A stretch of DNA of 23,589 nt, from the NCBI GenBank assembly GCA_003221005.1, contig QHTZ01000016.1, positions 1 to 23,589 on the forward strand, read 5' to 3'. Source of the stretch: Gemmatimonadota bacterium (GTDB lineage Bacteria; Gemmatimonadota; Gemmatimonadetes; Gemmatimonadales; GWC2-71-9). Under the pieces are notes generated by a model that was given only the letters and a program-made list of their open reading frames with translations, did no database searches and was not told the DNA's origin. Shown in pieces: positions 9,442 through 17,176 of this stretch (position 1 is its first letter; each line of letters begins with the position of its first letter). Both the position numbers and the translations under genes were made by a program.

Positions 9442-9563
9442 AAATGCGGAACGCGGAACGCGGAATGTGGAATTGATCGGACACTGGTCGTTCACCAGAG
9501 GCTGCGTCGCGGCTCGGACCTGCCGCGGTACATTCCGCGTTCCGCATTCCACATTCCGCATTT
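9442..9563. repeat. Intergenic palindromic element with heptamer (GYGGAAY) tandem arms
   Basis: Left arm aaat-gcggaac-gcggaac-gcggaat-gtggaat (9442-9473); right arm attccgc-gttccgc-attccac-attccgc-attt (9532-9563). The 32-bp arms have 5 mismatches, all transitions. Confidence 0.92.
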
Positions 9564-9582
9564 GGGTGGTGGGGAGGTGGCG

Positions 9583-11544
9583 GTGAGGGTCGGGGTCGAC
9601 GTCGGCGGCACGTTTACCGACCTCGTCGCACTCGCGGAGGACGGTACGATCGAAGTGCGCAAGGTGGTGACCACTCCTGACGACCCCGCCGTGGGACTGT
9701 TTCAGGCGGTGGATGGGCTGCGGGGGCCGATCGAGCTACTGATTCACGGTACTACCGTAGCGACCAACGCGCTGCTCGAGCGCCACGGCGCCCGCGTGGT
9801 GCTAGTCGCGACCGCCGGGTTCGAGGACCTGCTCTGGTTGCGGCGGCAGGATCGGGCTGCGCTGTACGACCTCGCTCGCGATCACCCGCCGCCGCTCGTC
9901 GCGCGCGCAGACGTCGTGGGAGTGGCCGAGCGCATGGGGCCCGGCGGCACGCTCGTACCGCTGGTGGACGCAGAGGTGGAGCGCGTGGTCGCCGCCGTAC
10001 GGGCGCTTGATCCCGGGGCCGTGGCGGTCGCGCTGCTGTTCGCGTTCCGGCACGCCGCTCACGAACAACGCCTCGCAGCGGCCCTGCGAGCGGCGCTCCA
10101 CGCGATCCCGGTCGTCGCGAGCCATGAGGTCCTGCCCGTGTTTCGCGAATACGAGCGGACGAGCACAGTCACGGTCGAGGCGTACCTGCGGCCGCGCGTG
10201 GGGGCGTATCTCGCGCGGACCGCCGCGGAGGCGGGTCGGCGGGAGATTCCCGAGCTCCGGATCATGACCTCGAGCGGGGGGTCGCTCGCTCCCGCGGCGG
10301 CAGCGGTGCGGGCTGCTTCGCTCGCGCTCTCCGGGCCGGCCGGGGGCGTCGTGGGGGCGCGGCTCGTCGGGGAGGCCGTCGGGTCTCCCGACCTGCTCAC
10401 GCTGGATATGGGCGGCACCAGCGCCGATGCCAGCCTGATCGTGGGCGGCGCGCCCCTTGCCGACGGCGTCGGCGCGGTGGCCGGAGTCCCGCTCACCCTG
10501 CCGTCCCTCCTGATCGAGACTGTCAGTGCAGGGGGCGGGAGCATCGCCTGGATGGACGACGGGGGTGCGCTCAAGGTGGGTCCCGAGAGTGCGGGGGCGG
10601 TGCCTGGCCCAGCCTGCTACGGGCGCGGGGGCGTCCGACCCACGGTGACCGACGCCTGCCTGGTGCTCGGCTGGCTTGACGCGGAGCAGCCCCTCGCCGC
10701 CGACGTCCGTCTCGACCTCGTCGCGGCGGAGGCCGCCGTGGCCACGCTGGGCCGCGTGGGGCGGCGGGATCGTCGTGGCGTGGCGGCGGGGATCGTGGAG
10801 GTGGCGACGGCGGCCATGGCGCGCGCCTTGAAGCGGGTGAGCATGGCGCGTGGGCTCGACCCACGGCGCATGGTGCTGCTGCCGTTCGGTGGCGCCGGAC
10901 CGCTGTTTGGTTGCGCGCTGGCGGACGTGCTCGGGATGAAGCGCGTCGTGATTCCGCCACACAGTGGGGCGTTGAGCGCGCTCGGCTTGGCCGCGGCGGC
11001 GGAGCAAGTGGAGCTGATGGCGTCGTTCCACCGCACCTTCTCCGGCCTCGCCCGCGAGGATGTTACGGCGGCGTTCGAGCCGCTGTGCGCGCGCGCCCAG
11101 GTCGAGCTGCCTGGCGCGGTCGTCACGCGCGAAGCCGCCTGCCGCTTCGTGGGACAGGGGTACGAGCTCACGATCCCCGTCGCCGATCCTGAGCCGTACC
11201 GCCTCGAGGAAGCGTTCCTCCACGCGCATCTCGCGCGCTACGGCCACGCGGGTGGCGGCCAGCCGATGGAGCTCGTCAACCTTCGCGTGGTGGCCCGACG
11301 GCCGGCGCCCCCGCCGCACTTCCGAAGCCAGGTCCCCGGGGTTCGGGCGCCCGTCGGCCGTCGGCCCGTGACCGTGCGCGGCGAGCGCGTCACGGCGGAC
11401 GTGTGGCCCGGCGACGAGCTCGCCACGGGCGTGGCGATCGACGGGCCCGCGATCTTGGCCGGCGCCGACGCCACGGCGCTGCTGGAGCCGGGGTGGCGCG
11501 GGCGCGTGCATGCCACGGGCGCCGTGCTCGTGAAGCGGCGATGA
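9583..11544 (+). CDS. Hydantoinase/oxoprolinase family protein, subunit A (ATP-binding)
   Basis: GGAGG 5 nt before GTG 9583; GVDVGGTFTD, HGTTVATNALLE, REYERTST, SGPAGG, DMGGTSAD, AGGGSIA, GPESAGAVPGPACYGRGG, FGGAGPL. Confidence 0.93.
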   Translation: MRVGVDVGGTFTDLVALAEDGTIEVRKVVTTPDDPAVGLFQAVDGLRGPIELLIHGTTVATNALLERHGARVVLVATAGFEDLLWLRRQDRAALYDLARDHPPPLVARADVVGVAERMGPGGTLVPLVDAEVERVVAAVRALDPGAVAVALLFAFRHAAHEQRLAAALRAALHAIPVVASHEVLPVFREYERTSTVTVEAYLRPRVGAYLARTAAEAGRREIPELRIMTSSGGSLAPAAAAVRAASLALSGPAGGVVGARLVGEAVGSPDLLTLDMGGTSADASLIVGGAPLADGVGAVAGVPLTLPSLLIETVSAGGGSIAWMDDGGALKVGPESAGAVPGPACYGRGGVRPTVTDACLVLGWLDAEQPLAADVRLDLVAAEAAVATLGRVGRRDRRGVAAGIVEVATAAMARALKRVSMARGLDPRRMVLLPFGGAGPLFGCALADVLGMKRVVIPPHSGALSALGLAAAAEQVELMASFHRTFSGLAREDVTAAFEPLCARAQVELPGAVVTREAACRFVGQGYELTIPVADPEPYRLEEAFLHAHLARYGHAGGGQPMELVNLRVVARRPAPPPHFRSQVPGVRAPVGRRPVTVRGERVTADVWPGDELATGVAIDGPAILAGADATALLEPGWRGRVHATGAVLVKRR

Positions 11545-13085
11545 AACTCGACGCGGTCGGCCTCGAGGTCATGGCGCTCGCCTTCGCGTCGATCGCGGAG
11601 GAGATGGGCCTGGTCCTGGTCCGCTCCGCCCTGTCGCCTAACATTCGCGAGCGGCGCGATTGCTCGGCCGCGCTGTTCGACGCCGACGGCGAGATGATTG
11701 CGCAGGCCGCTCACATCCCGGTCCACCTGGGAGCGATGACTGATTCCGTGGCGGCGATCCGCGCCCTCACCCCCGCGCCGGGCGACGTCTTCATCCTGAA
11801 CGACCCGTACGCGGGCGGCTCGCACTTGCCGGACGTCACGCTGATCGAAGCGCTCGCCGTCGAGGGTGCCATCGGCGGGTACAGCGCGGTGCGCGCTCAT
11901 CACTCGGACGTCGGGGGATCGCAACCGGGGAGCATGCCCGTGGGCGCTCGGACGATCGAGGAGGAGGGCGTGATCCTCGCGCCGACGCGCCTGACCCCCG
12001 AGGTGGAGCGATTCTTCCTCGCGCACGTGCGCACCGCCGAGACGCGCCGCGGCGACCTGGCCGCGCAGCGTGCCGCCGCGGCCCGCGGGGGCGACGGCCT
12101 CCGGGCGCTGGTCACGCGGTACGGCGGGCCGGCGGTGCGCGCCGCGGCGCGCGACCTGATCGGGTACGCCGCGCGCCGCACTCGCGCGGCCCTGAGCAAC
12201 ATCGCCCGCACCGGGCTCGCCGCGACCGACTGGCTCGAAGGCGATGGCGTGGACGAGATGGATCTCCCCATCACCGTGCGAGTGGACATCCAGGAGGGTG
12301 TGTTCTCAGCCGATTTCGCAGGGACCGCGCCAGCGGCACGGGGGAACGTGAACTGCCCTCTCGCGGTCACGCGCTCGGCCGTGCTGTTCGTCGTGCGCAC
12401 GCTGCTCCCGGACGACATTCCCACGAACGCCGGTGTGCAAAAGACCGTGCGCGTGGTCGCCCCCGAGGGGTGCCTGGTGAATGCGCGTTATCCCAGCGCC
12501 GTGGCGGCGGGCAACGTCGAGACGTCCCAGCGGATTGTCGATACCGTCTTCCTCGCGCTGGCCCGCGGCGGGCTGCCCGTGCCGGCGCAGGGGCAGGGGA
12601 CGATGAACAACGTCACATTGGGGGAAGAGGGACGGGGGAAGGGAGAAGGGTGGACGTACTACGAGACCATCGGGGGTGGCCAGGGAGCGAGCCGGGGAGC
12701 GGCGGGACCATCCGCCGTCCACGTCGGCATGTCCAACACCCGCAACACGCCAATCGAGGTGCTGGAGATGGAGCTGCCGCTGCGCGTGCGCACCTACGCC
12801 GTGCGCCGGGACAGCGGCGGGGCAGGGAAGTGGGCTGGTGGGGAAGGGGTGATTCGCGAGTTTGAGGCGCTGGCGCCGATGGAAGCCAACGTCGTGAGCG
12901 AGCGTCGCCGCCACGCGCCCAGCGGCGCGGCTGGCGGTAAGCCCGGGGCCCCGGGGCGAAACACTCTGAACGGGACTCCGCTCGCGCCAAAGGCGCACGC
13001 GCGGCTCGCGCCCGGCGACGTGCTGCGGATCGAGACTCCGGGCGGCGGTGGCTGGGGCGAACCTGAGACAGGAGGCGGGCGATGA
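11541..13085 (+). CDS. Hydantoinase B/oxoprolinase family protein
   Basis: ATGA overlap at 11541; SPNIRERRDCS, HIPVHLG, NDPYAGGSHLPD, HHSDVGG..PGSM, GNVETSQR, QGTMNN, YYETIGGG, TPGGGGWG. Confidence 0.93.
   Translation: MKLDAVGLEVMALAFASIAEEMGLVLVRSALSPNIRERRDCSAALFDADGEMIAQAAHIPVHLGAMTDSVAAIRALTPAPGDVFILNDPYAGGSHLPDVTLIEALAVEGAIGGYSAVRAHHSDVGGSQPGSMPVGARTIEEEGVILAPTRLTPEVERFFLAHVRTAETRRGDLAAQRAAAARGGDGLRALVTRYGGPAVRAAARDLIGYAARRTRAALSNIARTGLAATDWLEGDGVDEMDLPITVRVDIQEGVFSADFAGTAPAARGNVNCPLAVTRSAVLFVVRTLLPDDIPTNAGVQKTVRVVAPEGCLVNARYPSAVAAGNVETSQRIVDTVFLALARGGLPVPAQGQGTMNNVTLGEEGRGKGEGWTYYETIGGGQGASRGAAGPSAVHVGMSNTRNTPIEVLEMELPLRVRTYAVRRDSGGAGKWAGGEGVIREFEALAPMEANVVSERRRHAPSGAAGGKPGAPGRNTLNGTPLAPKAHARLAPGDVLRIETPGGGGWGEPETGGGR
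12622..12649 (+). repeat. 4x heptamer purine-rich tandem array inside hydantoinase B
   Basis: gggaaga-gggacgg-gggaagg-gagaagg, encoding GEEGRGKGEG. Confidence 0.65.
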
Positions 13086-13441
13086 CGTGGGTCTTGGTCG
13101 CAGCGATCGGCTTCGCGGCCGGCATCGTGTCGGGATTGTTCGGCGTAGGAGGGGCCATCGTGATCATCCCCGGGCTGGTGCTGCTGCTGGGGATGAGTCA
13201 GCATGCGGCCAACGGCACCTCGCTCGCGGCGCTACTCCTCCCCGTGGGACTGCTCGGTACCATCGAGTACTACCGCCGCGGACAGGTGAACGTCCCGTAC
13301 GCCGTCGTGATCGCCGCCGGGCTGCTCCTGGGCGCGCTCATCGGCGCGCGGCTGGCGGGGTCACTCTCGGACCTGACGCTGCGACGCGCGTTCGGCGCGT
13401 TCCTGCTGCTGGTAGCGGTGCGGCTGCTCGCGTGGCGGTGA
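13082..13441 (+). CDS. Sulfite exporter TauE/SafE family protein (half-size, 119 aa)
   Basis: GFAAGIVSGLFGVGGAIVIIPGL, QHAANGTSL, GALIGARLA; about 4 TM segments; GGAGG RBS and ATGA overlap. Confidence 0.88.
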   Translation: MTWVLVAAIGFAAGIVSGLFGVGGAIVIIPGLVLLLGMSQHAANGTSLAALLLPVGLLGTIEYYRRGQVNVPYAVVIAAGLLLGALIGARLAGSLSDLTLRRAFGAFLLLVAVRLLAWR

Positions 13442-13453
13442 GCGGGGCGCGGC

Positions 13454-15388
13454 TCAGGTCGGCGCTTCGAACACCCGTGCTTCGACGAACATGTTGAACA
13501 GCTCGCCGTCGAGCTGCCCCGCCTTGACCTCCCCGTCCATGATGTCGAGGGCCTGCGCGGGGGCCACCGCCGGTTTGTAGGGGCGGTCCGACGCAGTGAG
13601 CGCGTCGTAGATGTCGCTGATCGTCATCATGCGTGTCTGGATGGGGATCGCCTCGCCGGTCACGCCCCGCGGATAGCCCCGTCCGTCCAGCTTCTCGTGA
13701 TGGCCGTACGCGATGAGCGGGATCTGCTGTAGCTCCCGGGTCCACGGGATTTGCTGCAGGAATCGGTAGGTGTGGTTGACGTGACTCTCGATCTCGAGCC
13801 GTTCGGTCTGATCGAGACTCCCCTTGGGGATCGTGAGGTACCGAACTTCCTCCTGGGTGAGATACGGGTGGAGCGCTCCGTCGAGTTCTTCGTACGTCTT
13901 TCCGGCATAGCTCATGAGGTCCCCGGACCGTTCCTCCGGGAGGACCGTGGGCTCGTTGGCGTGAGTCACGACCTCAACGAACCGCTCGAGCTCGTTGATG
14001 TGCCGGGCGTGCGTCACTCCGAGTTCGGCGAGGAATTCCTCGTAGCCGGAGCGGCCATGCTGCTCCAGGAACTCCGCCCGGCGCCGCCAGAACTCTCGCT
14101 CCGCCGTGCGCCGCAGGAACGCGTAGCGCTGCCGGATGAGCGCGAGGTCCTGGGGGTACAGCTTCTTCGCCTTGACGAGCACCTGCTCGCGCACGCCGAC
14201 CTTGCCGAAGTCGTGGAGTAACCCCGCATAGCGGATCTCCCGGAGCTGCTCGCGGGTAAACTTGACGTTCCGGAAGGCGCCGTTCATCGCCCGGTCCACG
14301 GTCTCGGCTAGTCCCACCGTCATCCCGGCGACGCGGCCGCTGTGACCAAACGTCGTCGGATCCCGCTGCTCGATTGCAGTGACGGCGGCGAGGACAAACC
14401 CCTCGAACAGCCGCTCGATGTCCTCGTACAGGCGGCTGTTCTCGATCGCGACCGCGGCTTGCCCCGCGAGCGCCGTTACCAGCTCCACCGTGCGCCGGGA
14501 GAACGGCACCACCTGTTGCTCCACCTCCGCCGGCGTGGAGAGCACCGCGTCGAACTGCCGCTTGCGGTTGATCAACTGCAGCACGCCGATGACGTCTTCC
14601 TTATGGTCCTTCATCGGGATCACGAGCATCGACTTGGTGCGATAGCCGTACCGCTCGTCGAAGGAGCGGTTGATCGAGTACTCGACGTCGGGTGGCAGGA
14701 AATAGGCGTCGTCAATGACGAGCGCTTCGCCCGTCGTGGCGGCGTATCCCGCGAGGCTCGTCCGGTCCACGGGGATCGTGAACTCGACGTAGGGGGCCTC
14801 GGGCTTCGAGAACGTCTGCGTGAGCCGAAACCGCAGCCGTCTCGTCCCCTGCTCACTCATTTCGACGAGGTAGAGGCTGCCCGCGTCGGACCACGTGATC
14901 CGCCGTGCCTGGGTGAGGATGAGATCGAGCAGCGTCTTGAGGTCGCGCTCGGTGCCCAGCGCCACCCCGATGCGGGTGAGCTCGCCGATCTCGCGGCTCC
15001 GCGTGGCGGCCTCGGCGCGGGCGCGTGCCGTCTCGGCGCGGGCGGCCGCCTCGCGGAACCCGCTGCGGATCGCAACGAGGAACTCGCGGGCGCCCGCCGG
15101 GTGACGCACGAAGCCTGCCAGCAGCTCCGCCGGCATCTCCTGGGGCACCTCCGTCTCGCCCGGGCGGCCGAGCGCCACGATCGCGCCGCCGGCGTCCACA
15201 AGGGCCCGGAGCGCGTCGAGCGGGATGAGGGAGCGGTTGTCGGGGTCGAGCAGCAGTACCGTGGGGCGATCGTCCGCCGCCACGTCTCGCAGCAGGCGCA
15301 CCTCGCGGCGCTGGACCTGCGCGCCCTCGAGCACCGACGCCAGCGGGCCCGGCTGCCACGTCGGGGTGTGCAGCAGGACGTATTTCAC
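13454..15388 (-). CDS. GAF and HD-GYP domain cyclic-dinucleotide phosphodiesterase with REC-like N-terminus
   Basis: GAF (DAGSLYL, SLAGYAA, IDDAY, FDERYGYRTKSMLVIPM, GVLQLIN, QAAVAIEN); HD-GYP (IEQRD...GHSGRV, LLHDFGK, HHEKLDGRGYP, DIYDALTASDRPYK). Confidence 0.92.
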   Translation of the reverse strand: MKYVLLHTPTWQPGPLASVLEGAQVQRREVRLLRDVAADDRPTVLLLDPDNRSLIPLDALRALVDAGGAIVALGRPGETEVPQEMPAELLAGFVRHPAGAREFLVAIRSGFREAAARAETARARAEAATRSREIGELTRIGVALGTERDLKTLLDLILTQARRITWSDAGSLYLVEMSEQGTRRLRFRLTQTFSKPEAPYVEFTIPVDRTSLAGYAATTGEALVIDDAYFLPPDVEYSINRSFDERYGYRTKSMLVIPMKDHKEDVIGVLQLINRKRQFDAVLSTPAEVEQQVVPFSRRTVELVTALAGQAAVAIENSRLYEDIERLFEGFVLAAVTAIEQRDPTTFGHSGRVAGMTVGLAETVDRAMNGAFRNVKFTREQLREIRYAGLLHDFGKVGVREQVLVKAKKLYPQDLALIRQRYAFLRRTAEREFWRRRAEFLEQHGRSGYEEFLAELGVTHARHINELERFVEVVTHANEPTVLPEERSGDLMSYAGKTYEELDGALHPYLTQEEVRYLTIPKGSLDQTERLEIESHVNHTYRFLQQIPWTRELQQIPLIAYGHHEKLDGRGYPRGVTGEAIPIQTRMMTISDIYDALTASDRPYKPAVAPAQALDIMDGEVKAGQLDGELFNMFVEARVFEAPT

Positions 15389-15408
15389 GGGACTGCGCCA
15401 AAGGCGAA

Positions 15409-15444
15409 GCGCGCCAGCGCTCCCGGGCGGGAGAGCCGGCGCGC
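15409..15444 (-). terminator. GC-rich hairpin between the CsgG-like gene and the HD-GYP gene
   Basis: Minus strand gcgcgccggctctccc-gccc-gggagcgctggcgcgc: 16-bp stem with one G-U pair and one mismatch, followed by TTCGCCTTT. Confidence 0.45.
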
Positions 15445-15487
15445 CGTCAAGTCGCCGAGCGGGGTGTGTGCGTCCATCGGGGAGGCG

Positions 15488-16195
15488 TCACGAATTCTTC
15501 AGCCGTTTCAGCCCTTCGGCCGCCTCACTGTACTCGGGGAAGACCGCGATGGCCCGCTGGTACATCTCGACGGCCTTGTCCCGCTGGCCGCGGTCCTGGT
15601 ACAGGAGCGCGCGCGAGTAGAAGGTGAGCGCTTCGGTGGGCACCTGACGGCTCATGCGCTGATCGGAGGCGGGTTTCGCGAGCCCCGGCAGGTTCGCGTC
15701 CTTCATGAGCTGGGTCGCGACGGTCTTGATGATGTCATAGAGATGGTCCCGCTGCGCGCGGTCCGACTCCACCTTCACGATCTCGCTCGTTTCCACGTTG
15801 ACGAGCCGCACGTCCACTCGGAAGTCGCCGTAGAAGTCGATGAACGTGCCGAGCACCACGTAGCGGGCACCCACCAGCTTGCCCAGCTTCGCCGCGGTCT
15901 GCGGATCTACGCGGCCCGACGCGCCGAGGTTCTGCTCCTCGATCAACTTCTGGATCTGCTCGCGCTCGACGACGCGGGCCGAGGGATTGAGGGCGAGCTC
16001 GGAGATCAGCATGCCGGCGATCCCCCGCTGCAGGGCATCGAAATCCTCCTTGCCCTGGCCGTACGAGCCCCCGTTGTCGAACGGCATCACGGCGATAGCG
16101 GGGCGGGTGTCCCCCCGCGCTTGCGCCCCCAGCCCGCCCGCTGCGAGAGGCAGCAGCGCCGCGCACACCAATGCGAATGTGAAACGCGAACCCAT
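15488..16195 (-). CDS. Exported CsgG/HfaB (TolB-N-like) domain protein with C-terminal TPR
   Basis: Signal peptide ending GLGA-Q; IAVMPFDN, VVEREQIQKLIEEQNL, AAKLGKLVGARYVVLG, DVRLVNVETSEI; TPR FYSRALLYQDRGQRDKAVEMYQRAIAVFPEY; AGGAG RBS. Confidence 0.85.
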   Translation of the reverse strand: MGSRFTFALVCAALLPLAAGGLGAQARGDTRPAIAVMPFDNGGSYGQGKEDFDALQRGIAGMLISELALNPSARVVEREQIQKLIEEQNLGASGRVDPQTAAKLGKLVGARYVVLGTFIDFYGDFRVDVRLVNVETSEIVKVESDRAQRDHLYDIIKTVATQLMKDANLPGLAKPASDQRMSRQVPTEALTFYSRALLYQDRGQRDKAVEMYQRAIAVFPEYSEAAEGLKRLKNS

Positions 16196-16209
16196 ACGGT
16201 CTCCTCGGA

Positions 16210-17094
16210 TCAGAGATTCAGCCTCATGCCTTCCTGGGCGGCCAGGACTTCGGCAGGTCGCCCCCGGCCTCCGGCGCGCGCCTGCTGACGCGCCGCCGCG
16301 AGCAGCTCATCGATCGCCCCGTCGCCGTGCTCCGGCTCGTGGTGGAACAGCACGAGCCGCTCCACCCCGGCATCCGCCGCCAGCGCCACCGCTTCCTCGA
16401 ACGTCGAATGCCCCCAACCCCGGTGCGCCTCGAGCTCTTCGGGCGTGTACATGGCGTCGTGAATCAGGAAGTCCACACCGGTCAGAAACTTCACGAAGTC
16501 TTTGCGCCACGACGCGGTCGTGCCGTAGCTGCCCCCGGGGCCGAGCTCGTTGTCGGTCACGTACGCCATGCTCGACCCACCTGCCGCCGGCGTGAGCCGA
16601 AACCCCAACGTCGTGCCCGGGTGCCGCAGCCGGATCGCCTCCACGCGGAACGCGCCCACTGTGAACTCCCCCGGCTCGACCTGCTGCACGGTCAGCTTCG
16701 CCGACAGCGCGTCCAGCGGGACCGGGAACACGGCGGGGTCCATCTGCTGACGCAGGATCGCTTCGAGCGACGTCGTACCCTGCCGCGACCCCCAGATTCG
16801 TACCCGATTGCCGGGCGCGAAGAACGGCTTGAAGTGCGGCAGGCCCTGAATGTGGTCCCAGTGGGCGTGGGATAGCAGGATCTCCGCGTTCACCGCGCCG
16901 TTCTGGCGCTCCACCAGCTTCAACCCGAGCGCCCGAATGCCAGTGCCGGCATCGAGAATGACGACGTCGCCGCTGGCGCTCTCGACCGCGACGCACGGCG
17001 TGTTGCCGCCGTAGCGCGCGGTGTGCGCCCCGGGGGTGGGGATGGAGCCCCTCGTCCCCCAGAAGGTCACCGTATACGCGTCGCGATCGGGCAC
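16210..17094 (-). CDS. MBL-fold metallo-hydrolase (RNase Z/phosphodiesterase-like)
   Basis: FWGTRGSIPTPG, YGGNTPCV, LDAGTG, SHAHWDHIQG (HxHxDH), LRHPG, TDNE, HDAMY, WGHS, FHHEP. Confidence 0.92.
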   Translation of the reverse strand: MPDRDAYTVTFWGTRGSIPTPGAHTARYGGNTPCVAVESASGDVVILDAGTGIRALGLKLVERQNGAVNAEILLSHAHWDHIQGLPHFKPFFAPGNRVRIWGSRQGTTSLEAILRQQMDPAVFPVPLDALSAKLTVQQVEPGEFTVGAFRVEAIRLRHPGTTLGFRLTPAAGGSSMAYVTDNELGPGGSYGTTASWRKDFVKFLTGVDFLIHDAMYTPEELEAHRGWGHSTFEEAVALAADAGVERLVLFHHEPEHGDGAIDELLAAARQQARAGGRGRPAEVLAAQEGMRLNL

Positions 17095-17160
17095 GCCCTG
17101 TCCTGGGCTAAGTTACTGAAATTACGGCACGTAGAATAATCTTTTGCCTCACCCTCGCAC

Positions 17161-17176
17161 CGTGATTCGGCTCACG
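17161..17176. promoter_or_regulatory. Putative CRP-family binding site upstream of the MBL hydrolase gene
   Basis: Perfect 5-6-5 palindrome CGTGA-TTCGGC-TCACG matches the CRP-type GTGA-N6-TCAC core. Candidate -10 TATTCT on the minus strand at 17138-17133. Confidence 0.65.

Noticed and set aside
9442-9563. CRISPR array, or small peptide ORFs (MRNAERGMWN-type) in the repeat
   Set aside because: Units are 7 nt with no spacers and no cas genes are present. The peptides are just translations of the heptamers.
11321-11352. Possible degenerate heptamer array in hydantoinase A (RSQVPGVR)
   Set aside because: The periodicity is too weak to support.
15445-15450. TTGACG -35 element for the HD-GYP gene
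   Set aside because: There is no -10 hexamer at suitable spacing; that position falls inside a GC hairpin.
14342-16288. Long antisense or alternate-frame ORFs (e.g. 14342..16288 +, 6254..7969 -, 9802..11511 -, 7828..9174 -, 2502..3683 -)
   Set aside because: They shadow well-supported genes, are Arg/Pro/Gly-rich without motifs, and are expected at this GC content.
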